From an uncultured virus (IMG/VR IMGVR_UViG_3300037153_000398) (taxonomy: Duplodnaviria > Heunggongvirae > Uroviricota > Caudoviricetes), in the IMG/VR virus record IMGVR_UViG_3300037153_000398: 64,000 nt of DNA; one strand, 5' to 3'. Within the stretch, counting starts at the first letter, position 1. The number at the start of each line of letters is the position of its first letter. Under the pieces are notes generated by a model that was not told the origin of the DNA, made no database searches, and saw nothing but the letters and a program-made list of their open reading frames with translations. The translations under genes were made by a program, and so were the position numbers. Positions 18,473-26,439 of the stretch are shown piece by piece.

Positions 18473-18674
18473 GCGCGGCTTGACGCTCACATGCGACGGC
18501 CAGCACGGCGACGACGTACCGCCGTCCGCAACGTTCAAGCATCCTGACGGCTACATCGGCGAATATCGAGAAGCGATGGCGGCCGGCTGGAAAGACACGT
18601 TCACGCCGTCACCGGGCAGCCGGCGCGTGTTCTTCGGACCCTGCTGCTCGGGCAAACGCGGAGTAACGACATGA
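18453..18674 (+). CDS. small Zn-binding hypothetical protein
   Basis: LTCDG...AAGW...GPCC. Confidence 0.55.
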   Translation: MGLCIDERGLTLTCDGQHGDDVPPSATFKHPDGYIGEYREAMAAGWKDTFTPSPGSRRVFFGPCCSGKRGVTT

Positions 18675-19192
18675 AGGCAGCTCTTGCATTGATTGCACTG
18701 CTGGCACTGGCGTCGCCGGCCACGGCGCGCGTCCATCATGGGGGCGGATTGGAGACGGTGCGCACAGCGGCCGGGCCGATCACGGTCGCGGCCGACGCCG
18801 CACCCCGGTTCGTGTCGCTAATCGGCGATCTTGTCCGGCACGGTTATCGCGGATGGGTGCATTGCTTCGATGCGCACGGCCACATGCCGCACTCGCTGCA
18901 CCATAGCGGCCGGGCGTGCGACTTCGCGCAGCGCGGTCGCAATCGCACGACGCGGATCATGTACCACGCGCACGCGATCATCGCCGCGCACGGCCTGCGC
19001 GACGGCTGCTCGTTCCGCGATTGCGGCCATGTCGATACAGGGCAGCCCACCGGCCGTAGGGCGCTCGCCTATGCGCGCCACCGGCACCGCAACCGATACG
19101 CCGGCTATCTCGACGGCGGCTACGGCTACGAGCCGCAGTGGCGCTACGCGGCAGCGCAGCCCGCGTGGTGGGACTCGCGTCGGGCCTATTGA
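18671..19192 (+). CDS. signal-peptide-bearing peptidase M15-like (LAS) cell-wall hydrolase
   Basis: MKAALALIALLALASPATA signal; SLHHSGRACDF (H-x6-D) and DCGHVD. Confidence 0.7.
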   Translation: MKAALALIALLALASPATARVHHGGGLETVRTAAGPITVAADAAPRFVSLIGDLVRHGYRGWVHCFDAHGHMPHSLHHSGRACDFAQRGRNRTTRIMYHAHAIIAAHGLRDGCSFRDCGHVDTGQPTGRRALAYARHRHRNRYAGYLDGGYGYEPQWRYAAAQPAWWDSRRAY

Positions 19193-19194
19193 GC

Positions 19195-19238
19195 CTTTCC
19201 GTCTCCCCACTAATCGCCGGATTACTTGGCAGGCGGAT
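19195..19238 (+). repeat. direct repeat copy 1 (CTTTCCGTC...GGATTACTTGGCAGGCGGAT)
   Basis: 19/20 identity with 21787-21806; both copies are preceded by CTTTCCGTC and fold into a similar hairpin. Confidence 0.7.
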
Positions 19239-19246
19239 TTTGGCCG

Positions 19247-19450
19247 ATGGGCTACACTGTCCGGCCCTTGCGCGACGCGCTTGAGCGTCCACCGCCGCCC
19301 GGCTCGCAACGGCCGGGCGCGCGGCCATCGCCGCCGCCCTTCCGCTCGATGGTCCCGCCGCCGCCCTGGATCATGCGCGGCGACAACGCGCTTCTCTCGC
19401 TCGGCGCGATCCTGCTGACCGGACTCTTCCTGCTATGGCTCGCCGCGTGA
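19247..19450 (+). CDS. Pro-rich protein with C-terminal transmembrane helix
   Basis: ALLSLGAILLTGLFLLWLAA. Confidence 0.55.
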   Translation: MGYTVRPLRDALERPPPPGSQRPGARPSPPPFRSMVPPPPWIMRGDNALLSLGAILLTGLFLLWLAA

Positions 19451-19689
19451 AGCGCCGATCCGGCCCGATCCGATACGCCCGCGCCGAATCGTTGAGCGCG
19501 CTGGTCGACCGCGAGACGGCGGAAGTCTTTCGCGTCGAAGCCGAAGCGCGCGGCATCCGGACGTGCGTGCTCATGCGGCATCTCGCCGTCGCCATCGCGC
19601 AGGGCGACTTGTTCGATCAGATACTCGGTGTCGCCAAGGCTTCGGCTGCAGACGCGATGGCGTTGCCGGGGATGTCACCGAAAAAATAA
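19447..19689 (+). CDS. small RHH-like protein
   Basis: GTGA coupling; similar to 4435-4662. Confidence 0.5.
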   Translation: MKRRSGPIRYARAESLSALVDRETAEVFRVEAEARGIRTCVLMRHLAVAIAQGDLFDQILGVAKASAADAMALPGMSPKK

Positions 19690-19814
19690 GCGTGCTGCAC
19701 CGTGCGGCGCAGGTCGGCCGCGTCGGCGTGCTCGCTCGGCTCGTAGAGATGGCGCGCACACAGCTCGCGCAACGCCGCTTCCGGCAATGTGTCGATGATA
19801 CGCTCGATACTCAT
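19617..19814 (-). CDS. hypothetical protein
   Basis: Follows integrase operon. Confidence 0.45.
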   Translation of the reverse strand: MSIERIIDTLPEAALRELCARHLYEPSEHADAADLRRTVQHAYFFGDIPGNAIASAAEALATPSI

Positions 19815-19823
19815 TTGCTTGCT

Positions 19824-20039
19824 TCACCAAATCCGTTTGATGTCGGTCCTAAACGGCGTGCCGTCCGGCTGGCAGTAATCGAGCCAGCCGAACATCTTGA
19901 CCCGCTCTTCGTCGTCGAAGCCGAGCGCGTCGCACGCCCGCTTGATGCGCCCGGCTTCCGGATTGCTCGTGCGGTCGGATCGCGCCGCCTGCATGAGCGT
20001 CATGACGGCTTCGATCCGTGTCATTGCTGTTCGTGCCAT
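19824..20039 (-). CDS. hypothetical protein
   Basis: GGGGA RBS after integrase stop. Confidence 0.6.
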   Translation of the reverse strand: MARTAMTRIEAVMTLMQAARSDRTSNPEAGRIKRACDALGFDDEERVKMFGWLDYCQPDGTPFRTDIKRIW

Positions 20040-20050
20040 GTTGTCCCCGT

Positions 20051-21367
20051 TTATTTTGCTAGCTGCACCACTTTGCCGGCCGACAGATCGATCAGCGTCC
20101 GGCGCAGCAAGCCATCGCTCGGTCGATTGATGTAGGCCGCATAATGGTTTTCGATCATCTTCGTCGACGTGTCGTGCGCCTTGGCGACGATGGTCGCGTC
20201 GACGTTGTCCATCAATTGCCGGGCGATATGAGTGTGGCGCAGTGCGTACAGCGTCACCGGCAGGCCATCATCGCGGGGCTTCAGATTGGATGCGCAGCGC
20301 GCCAGCGTGCGCTCGAAGGCGTCGCCATAGTATTTATTCCAGCCACCGGACCCGCCTTTGACGCACCACGGATTGCCGCTCGGCTGTGCCACCAACAAAT
20401 CGGTGGCGCGCTTGCCCTTGGCGTGTTGCTGCAGCCGCAGCGCCAAATCGAGCGGAATCGGCACCCACGCCGACTTGACGGCTTTCTCGCCGCGCCCGCC
20501 TTTATCCGACACCGGCATCATCACGCCGCAACTGGCCGCGACCTTCAGGTGACGCTTCTGTAACCGGCCGCCAATCTGACTCGGTCGCGCGCCGGTCTGC
20601 CCGCACAGCTCGACAAACAAACCAAATTCGTTGCTGTCCGCATAGGCGGCTCGCATGATCGCCGCCACGTCCCCTTCATCGAGGATGACGTTCATCGGCT
20701 CGGACCCGGTCGGCGGCAACTTCTGCAGAGCGACGCGCCACGGCGTTTCCTTGATGCGCTTGTCGCGCGTCTTGGCGAGATTGAGTGCCGCCTTGAAAGC
20801 GAAGTTGATGCGGTTGCGCGTGGCCGGCATGATGCCCGCGTCGGTGAGCGCCTTGTTCCATTCGTCGAAGGCGGTGGCATCGAGACGCGACACCTGCAGC
20901 GTCAACAAGACCATTTCGTCAAGCTGGCCATTTTTATCACGGTGGCCCTTTCTCAGATAGCGAGACACGCGCGTCACGTTGCGCATGTCGCCGCCGCGCG
21001 CTTTCAGGTCGTTCTCATAGTGCGTGAGCGCGTCGGCGACCGTGATATGAGCGGAGCGGATCGTCAGGTCATCGCTTGCGGCAATCTCATGCGCGCGGGC
21101 AAGCGCCTGCCCATAGCTCAAGACGGTCAGCTCGTTGGCTTCGGCAAAGTCATCGGCGACGACGACGCGGCCGTCGGGGCCGCGCAACACTCGCACATCG
21201 GCGTGCTTGTCGCCGTGCCAGCGGCGCACGACCCAAGTACCGGCCGCGTCCAGGCGTCGGCGATAGCCGAGCTGCATCTTCGGCGCGATGGTCCTGTAGT
21301 ACGGTTCCTTCCGGCACTCGAAGCCGATTCGCTTCTTCAGGTGGATGTCAGCGTCTTTCGCTCGCAT
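20051..21367 (-). CDS. int: tyrosine integrase with N-terminal arm-binding domain
   Basis: LGYRRR..AGTWVVR arm domain; TGARPSQ (R), DKG (K), YALRHT, HDTS..MIENHY catalytic boxes. Confidence 0.92.
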   Translation of the reverse strand: MRAKDADIHLKKRIGFECRKEPYYRTIAPKMQLGYRRRLDAAGTWVVRRWHGDKHADVRVLRGPDGRVVVADDFAEANELTVLSYGQALARAHEIAASDDLTIRSAHITVADALTHYENDLKARGGDMRNVTRVSRYLRKGHRDKNGQLDEMVLLTLQVSRLDATAFDEWNKALTDAGIMPATRNRINFAFKAALNLAKTRDKRIKETPWRVALQKLPPTGSEPMNVILDEGDVAAIMRAAYADSNEFGLFVELCGQTGARPSQIGGRLQKRHLKVAASCGVMMPVSDKGGRGEKAVKSAWVPIPLDLALRLQQHAKGKRATDLLVAQPSGNPWCVKGGSGGWNKYYGDAFERTLARCASNLKPRDDGLPVTLYALRHTHIARQLMDNVDATIVAKAHDTSTKMIENHYAAYINRPSDGLLRRTLIDLSAGKVVQLAK

Positions 21368-21409
21368 AGAATTTTCTTTCCCTTTGCCGGTTTCCGATTG
21401 TGCGCCGTC

Positions 21410-21676
21410 GCGGATGGAGTCGCGATGGAGTCGGATCAACAAAAGGAAGGCTGGCACAGAAATATATAAGGATGCAAAAGCCTGGGACAATAAATTAACA
21501 AAACCACTGCGGCATCTGCACTTCTAATACATACGCCGGGGATATGTGATAGTGCCAGCCTACACGCTCAAAACGCCGGACGTGCCGCGATACGGCACGT
21601 TATACGTGGCTAGGCTGACGCGACATCGTTTGCGCATCAATGACTTAGCTCCGGTCAGGTCGAGGCGGATGGAGTC
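21410..21676. promoter_or_regulatory. attP-like region (arm-type repeats + IHF-like site)
   Basis: GATGGAGTC at 21413, 21424, 21668; CATCAATGACTTA 21635-21647 near IHF consensus WATCAANNNNTTR; AT-rich centre. Confidence 0.55.
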
Positions 21677-21687
21677 AATAATGTAAT

Positions 21688-21730
21688 GCCGGGGCGATTC
21701 GGCCCGAAAAGGGGCCGAAGTCGCCACGGC
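21688..21730 (-). terminator. long hairpin, probable terminator of leftward LuxR operon
   Basis: GCCGGGGCGATTCGGCCC-GAAAA-GGGGCCGAAGTCGCCACGGC followed on minus strand by an AT-rich tract. Confidence 0.45.
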
Positions 21731-21759
21731 CGCCCACGCTGGTTTTGGAAGATTATTCT

Positions 21760-21806
21760 CTTTCCGTCGCCTGCGCACAATCCACTGGATTACTTGGCAG
21801 ACGGAT
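21760..21806 (+). repeat. direct repeat copy 2
   Basis: CTTTCCGTC...GGATTACTTGGCAGACGGAT; overlaps the stop of 21790-22428. Confidence 0.7.
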
Positions 21807-22428
21807 CGCCGAAGCGGTCGCGCAGCGCCGCGACGACAGCGCGCCGCCGCCGCTTGAGACAATCGGGGCCGCGCAGCCATGTCGTATTGTCCGGATCGTC
21901 GAGCCAAAAAATGCCGAGCTGAAAGTCGTCGCCATCTTCGAAGCCGGCCATCGCGAACGCGCGCTTGCCGAACGGCTCGATGCCGTCGACCGGCCGCAGC
22001 TCTGCCGCCATCATGCCGGTGATCATCGGCCAGTGCGGACGCCGCGCCTGATAAAGCGTCGTATCGAGTAACAGCCGTTCGCTCGGTACGGTCACGACAA
22101 GATGGCCGTTCCAGCGATCCGCAGGCGGCGGCTTCTGGCCCGGCAGGTCGCCGATGCCGAGCGAGTAGTCTTTGCCGGCGCGCTTGGCTCGCATGACGAC
22201 GGCACACGGCCGCACCTTGGCGTCGCGGAAGCCGATGTCGACAAGGAAGTCGCGGCAGGCGAGCGAGGCGAGCACGCAGGATTGTTTCGACCAGCCGGGC
22301 TCGCGCATCCACGGCTCGCGGTCGAACGCCGGATGCAGCAAGTCGGCCACGACGTTGAGCGCCTTGACCACATTGGGCGGGAATTCGCCGGCCGTGGTGA
22401 TGTCGCCTATCTGTCCCGCTAACAGCAT
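21790..22428 (-). CDS. transglutaminase/papain-like fold protein (putative Cys-His-Asp triad)
   Basis: QSCVLAS ... NGHLVV ... LLDTTLYQ. Confidence 0.55.
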   Translation of the reverse strand: MLLAGQIGDITTAGEFPPNVVKALNVVADLLHPAFDREPWMREPGWSKQSCVLASLACRDFLVDIGFRDAKVRPCAVVMRAKRAGKDYSLGIGDLPGQKPPPADRWNGHLVVTVPSERLLLDTTLYQARRPHWPMITGMMAAELRPVDGIEPFGKRAFAMAGFEDGDDFQLGIFWLDDPDNTTWLRGPDCLKRRRRAVVAALRDRFGDPSAK

Positions 22429-22608
22429 CTACCGCTTGCCAAGGCTGGCCACGCATTCGCGGTGGCACTTCTCACGGCCGCCCGTCTTCTCGGGATACAG
22501 GCCCGCGCGGATCAGCAGCGTCTTGAAGCCATAGGTGTCGGTCTGGCCGCTCGGCGAGCGCGTCTTGCCGCACAGCGCGCACACGCGGCCGGTGTCCAAG
22601 CGGCGCAC
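22429..22608 (-). CDS. small Zn-finger protein (start uncertain)
   Basis: CALCG...CHREC; fills the gap between XRE and the downstream gene. Confidence 0.45.
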   Translation of the reverse strand: MRRLDTGRVCALCGKTRSPSGQTDTYGFKTLLIRAGLYPEKTGGREKCHRECVASLGKR

Positions 22609-22615
22609 GGCTGCG

Positions 22616-22999
22616 TTACGCGGCAAGCTCTTCGACCAGCCTGACGACTTTGCGCCGCACATCTGCATCCCCGATCTTGGCGAACGCCGTGCAGAGCGCG
22701 ATGCCGTCGTTGGTGGTCAGCACGCCGAGAAAGGCAGACTCCGGTGGGCGACGTTTGCCGGTCGCGCCCGGCGCGCCCTCGAAGAACCATGCGACCGGCA
22801 CTTCGAGGGTATTCGACATCTGCTGCAGCCGGCTCGCGCCAACGCGATTGGTGCCCTTCTCGTATTTTTGCACCTGCTGGAACGTGAGCCCGAGCGCGTT
22901 GCCAAGAGCCTCTTGGCTCATGCCCTGCTCCATCCGCCGCATCCTGATCCGCTTGCCGACGTACACGTCGGTTTCGGTCGGCACTTTGGTCTTTGGCAT
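22616..22999 (-). CDS. XRE-family HTH regulator (Hyphomicrobiales type)
   Basis: DVYVGKRIRMRR...SQEALG..LGLTFQQVQKYEKGTNRVGASRL. Confidence 0.93.
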   Translation of the reverse strand: MPKTKVPTETDVYVGKRIRMRRMEQGMSQEALGNALGLTFQQVQKYEKGTNRVGASRLQQMSNTLEVPVAWFFEGAPGATGKRRPPESAFLGVLTTNDGIALCTAFAKIGDADVRRKVVRLVEELAA

Positions 23000-23018
23000 C
23001 TGTTTGTTTCCTTCTCAT

Positions 23019-23774
23019 TCAAAAGTAGATGCTGCTTTGTTGATAGGCCGCGAGTGCGGCCTGCATCGTCGACTTCACCTTGAATTTCCTCCGGATGTGG
23101 CGAAGGTGAAACGCGATAGTATCAACGCTGATGTTAAGCGTCTTGGCGGCGGTGGCATTGTCGCCTTCGTTGACAAGATGCTGCAGCACTTCCGTTTCGC
23201 GCGCTGTCAGGAGAACGACGGGGACTCCTTTGAGCACCCGCCGCGTCGCGGCTTTTGCCACCTGCTCGACCCGACCTATCGCGACCGTCGAAGCCGCCGC
23301 GAGCCACGCGCGCTCGCTCGGCGACAACGCCAATAGCTTCGACGAATACATGACCGACAACCACCTGCGCGACGTGAAGTAGATGCCATCGGCCCACTTG
23401 TAGTGATCGAGCAAGCCGAAGACCCAATTATGATGCTGGTCCAGCCGGCGCGCTTCGTCCCGAGCTTCGGCGAACGTGAACGGCACCGATGCGTTGCGCG
23501 CCTTCATCGTTAGGTAGCTGTGACCGTGCTCGCGAAAGCCCTGCTGATAGCGCGACCAGAAATCGTGCGGCATGGAGGGATGCAGGAACACATTGGTATT
23601 GGGGTGCCACGTTTTCTCCTGTGTCCTGAAAACACGCGGCAACACCCAAACGCCCACGACCGACAAGTCGAATTGCTGCGCGAGCTTGTGATAGTCGTCG
23701 ACGACGGCTGCCGGCGTATGCATTCGCGTGGCGCGCTCCGCGAAATTGGTCACGGCCATGGAAAGTTGCGACAT
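23019..23774 (-). CDS. LuxR-family regulator with divergent autoinducer-binding domain (LuxR solo)
   Basis: C-terminal LTARETEVLQHL..G....AAKTLNISVDTIAFHLRHIRRKF; N-terminal PHDFWSRY...PFTF...DGI ligand-domain pattern. Confidence 0.85.
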   Translation of the reverse strand: MSQLSMAVTNFAERATRMHTPAAVVDDYHKLAQQFDLSVVGVWVLPRVFRTQEKTWHPNTNVFLHPSMPHDFWSRYQQGFREHGHSYLTMKARNASVPFTFAEARDEARRLDQHHNWVFGLLDHYKWADGIYFTSRRWLSVMYSSKLLALSPSERAWLAAASTVAIGRVEQVAKAATRRVLKGVPVVLLTARETEVLQHLVNEGDNATAAKTLNISVDTIAFHLRHIRRKFKVKSTMQAALAAYQQSSIYF

Positions 23775-24103
23775 AGGACACCCCTGTCCCTTGGGGGCCA
23801 ATTTGGCATGTAGCATCACGACAACAACAAGGCAGAGTTGCCCGGCCGATGTGCGGTCTCGCGCAAAACGCGCAAGGCTACATAAAAAGGGAGTACCGGA
23901 TTAGGCGAAAGAAAGGACAACCCGCAATTTGCCTTGACCCGCTCGTAGTACATCCCCGACTCGTGTTGCCCCTATACTTAGCGTCGAGGGCCAAAATGGC
24001 CTTATTGCGGCACGCGGTTTTCTTCTCCTTTATACCTTCGGATATGCGGTGTTATTTTGGCAACACAACGCAGGAGGGCGACGTTGTAAGGGGACGGAGC
24101 GTC

Positions 24104-24592
24104 ATGTCAGTATCCAGCGTTGGCGCGCGAAGAATCGCACAGAGAGTCCGTGAAGGTCTTCGCCGCTATGGCTTCTCGTTCGCGACGCTCGCCGAGCGCA
24201 TCGGCGTCAGCAAGGGTAAAATCCAGCATTGGCTCGACAGCGACCAGCCGACGCCTATGCACGCCGCAGACCTGAAGGCGATAGCTGCGGCCTATGGAAT
24301 CGCTGTGCAGCGCCTATACGATCCACCCGGCGCGCCGTGGCCGACGCCGAAGCGCAATCCGGTAGCTCCTAAGCTGAAACCCCGACTGCCGCGCATCGAG
24401 CCGCATGAGCCGGGCGTTCGATTGTTTCAGAAGTGTGCGCCGTGCGAGCCGTGCGCCGCCCAAGTATTGCCAAGGGTCGTTGCGAAGACCGGGCCGCTCT
24501 ATAGTCGACTCGACGCACTGCACACCGAAGCGCAATTGACCCGTAGCTTGATCGCCGACATGTCGGCACTGTTGAAGAAAGCCGGATTTTGA
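24104..24592 (+). CDS. XRE-family HTH regulator, divergent from LuxR
   Basis: GFSFATLAERIGVSKGKIQHWL...LKAIAAAYGI; GGAG RBS. Confidence 0.75.
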   Translation: MSVSSVGARRIAQRVREGLRRYGFSFATLAERIGVSKGKIQHWLDSDQPTPMHAADLKAIAAAYGIAVQRLYDPPGAPWPTPKRNPVAPKLKPRLPRIEPHEPGVRLFQKCAPCEPCAAQVLPRVVAKTGPLYSRLDALHTEAQLTRSLIADMSALLKKAGF

Positions 24593-25071
24593 GAGACGCC
24601 GAAAAGCTTATCCAGCTCGCGTCCAATGTCGCCGGGCCGATGTTCCGGCAGCAACGCCGGCTGCTGCCGATGTACCACGCGCTCGGCGCGAACGGGCAAC
24701 ACGCCATCATCCCGCTGCCGCCTGACGAAAAGGATGCGTGGCCGGTGATCGCCAAGGCGGCGTTCAAGGAGATTGATGCCGTCGCCTTCGTCTTCATCAG
24801 CGAAGCCTGGATTCGGGAGATGACGCCGGCCACGCGGGACGAAGCCATGCGGCTGCGCGACGAATGGCTGCAGCGCGGCATCGCCAACGATCCGCTGCGC
24901 AAGGAAGTCGTGGTCTTCAACGCCGAAGACGATCAGGGCGGCTTGTGCGGCCATCGGCCGATCATCCGCCACAAGGGCCGACCGCATCTCGGCGAGCTGG
25001 AAGTCGAGACGTTCACGGAATCGGAAGGCCGCATGGTCGGCTTGCTGCCGGTGCGAGGAACGGTGCAATGA
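24589..25071 (+). CDS. hypothetical protein
   Basis: FISEAW...PLRKEVVVF family-like motif; TTGA coupling. Confidence 0.7.
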   Translation: MRDAEKLIQLASNVAGPMFRQQRRLLPMYHALGANGQHAIIPLPPDEKDAWPVIAKAAFKEIDAVAFVFISEAWIREMTPATRDEAMRLRDEWLQRGIANDPLRKEVVVFNAEDDQGGLCGHRPIIRHKGRPHLGELEVETFTESEGRMVGLLPVRGTVQ

Positions 25072-25538
25072 GCAACGTCATCGTCATCGGCGACGCCGAA
25101 AAAGCCGCCCTGCGCGACGCCTACGAGTGGGCCAAGGCGCATCCGTTGACGTTGCAGCAGGTGATGGCGATGGCGACGCCGCATCAGGAAACCGACACCG
25201 TGACGCTCGCCGAGCGCGACGCGGTCGAGGCGCGGCATCCGCAGGCGAGCGATTATCAGCGCATGGTCGAGCTGCCGCCCGGCTACCGCGTCAACATCAG
25301 TTGCGAAGAACAGCCGGCCGGCATGTGCCTGCATCTGTCCATATCGACGCCGACGCCGGATCGCTCGGTGCCCGATCCGGCCAAGGTCGCGTTCGTGCTC
25401 GACGCGCTTGGCCTTTCGGCTGCGGAGCCAAGCCCGATGCGACAATGGGTCGAGGACTTTTTGATCGACGGCAAGCGAGCCGGCCGCGCCGTCAACGTCG
25501 TGTTGGTGCTCGCGCCGGCACAAGGCGGTCGCGCATGA
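25068..25538 (+). CDS. hypothetical protein
   Basis: EEQPAGMCLHLSIS motif; coupled. Confidence 0.7.
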   Translation: MSNVIVIGDAEKAALRDAYEWAKAHPLTLQQVMAMATPHQETDTVTLAERDAVEARHPQASDYQRMVELPPGYRVNISCEEQPAGMCLHLSISTPTPDRSVPDPAKVAFVLDALGLSAAEPSPMRQWVEDFLIDGKRAGRAVNVVLVLAPAQGGRA

Positions 25539-25777
25539 ACGACGATTATCTGATCTGGTCGATTGAGCATGACGGATGGTGGGGTCCGGGCGAGAGCGGC
25601 TACGTCAAGCGCGTCTCGGAAGCCGGCCGCTACAGCCGCGACCGCGCGCTGGCCATCTGCGCGAACGCCTGGGGCACCGCCGCGCACATCGGCACGCTCG
25701 CCGAGCTGCCGGTACGGCTCGATGACGTGGCGGCCTTCCTCGCCCGCAACGACCTTTGGCCGGCGAACGTCTTATGA
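25535..25777 (+). CDS. small phage protein
   Basis: YLIWSIEHDGWW.P...GY.....AGRY. Confidence 0.75.
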   Translation: MNDDYLIWSIEHDGWWGPGESGYVKRVSEAGRYSRDRALAICANAWGTAAHIGTLAELPVRLDDVAAFLARNDLWPANVL

Positions 25778-26068
25778 GCGAAGCAAAAAACAAATCGATG
25801 CTGTGCGTCGGCGGCCCGCACGCCGGGCGACGCTACGACGCCAAGCCCGGCACCGGCTTCGTCGTGCCGGTCCTCAAAGAGAGCGCGGCGCTCTATCCGA
25901 TGCGCTTGGATGAGACGACGGTCGAGCACGTCGAGTACCGCTCCGAAATTTTCCGCACCAACGACGGCGACGTGTCGTTTTGGGTGCCGGCCGGTCAGAC
26001 GCCCGCTGCAGACGATCACGATGCTTCTGGAAACCTATGAGCAGACGATGCGGAGCATCAACCGATGA
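25774..26068 (+). pseudogene. hypothetical protein with apparent +1 frameshift near 26002
   Basis: Removing one C at 26002-26004 gives ...QTPLQTITMLLETYEQTMRSINR* whose stop forms the ATGA overlap with 26065. Confidence 0.5.
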
Positions 26069-26439
26069 ACTATACGCCGCACGCCGAAGATTCGAGCCTT
26101 GTCGTCGGCGACAACGGCCACGTCTACGCAGCGACGCGGCTGCCGGAAAGCGGCTGGCAATTCCGCGAAGCCTGGGAAATTCTCGACGTGGCCGAGCCCG
26201 GCGTGATCCCGGTTGCCGTGCGGCTGTTCATGGCCGGGCTCATTGCCGGCGCGCTCGACCGCGCGGTCGCCGACGCCAAGGAAGCGTTTACGTTGCTCGA
26301 CCTGATCAACGCCGAATTCCAGAGCGATCCGACCAGCGTACAGTGTTTCGACCTGCGCATCGTCGAGCGCGTCAACCGCTGCGTCATTGCCCACAAGCCG
26401 TGGGCCGCGCCGCCGTTCGCCGACAAGGGGAAGTCATGA
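26065..26439 (+). CDS. hypothetical protein
   Basis: GGAG RBS; IRAEF-like DPTSVQCFDLRIV motif. Confidence 0.65.
   Translation: MNYTPHAEDSSLVVGDNGHVYAATRLPESGWQFREAWEILDVAEPGVIPVAVRLFMAGLIAGALDRAVADAKEAFTLLDLINAEFQSDPTSVQCFDLRIVERVNRCVIAHKPWAAPPFADKGKS

Noticed and set aside
21430..21790. tRNA/tmRNA fragment as att core; GGCATCTGCACTTCTAA resembling the groEL 3' end
   Set aside because: No T-arm/CCA pattern seen; the groEL resemblance is too imperfect to support without a search
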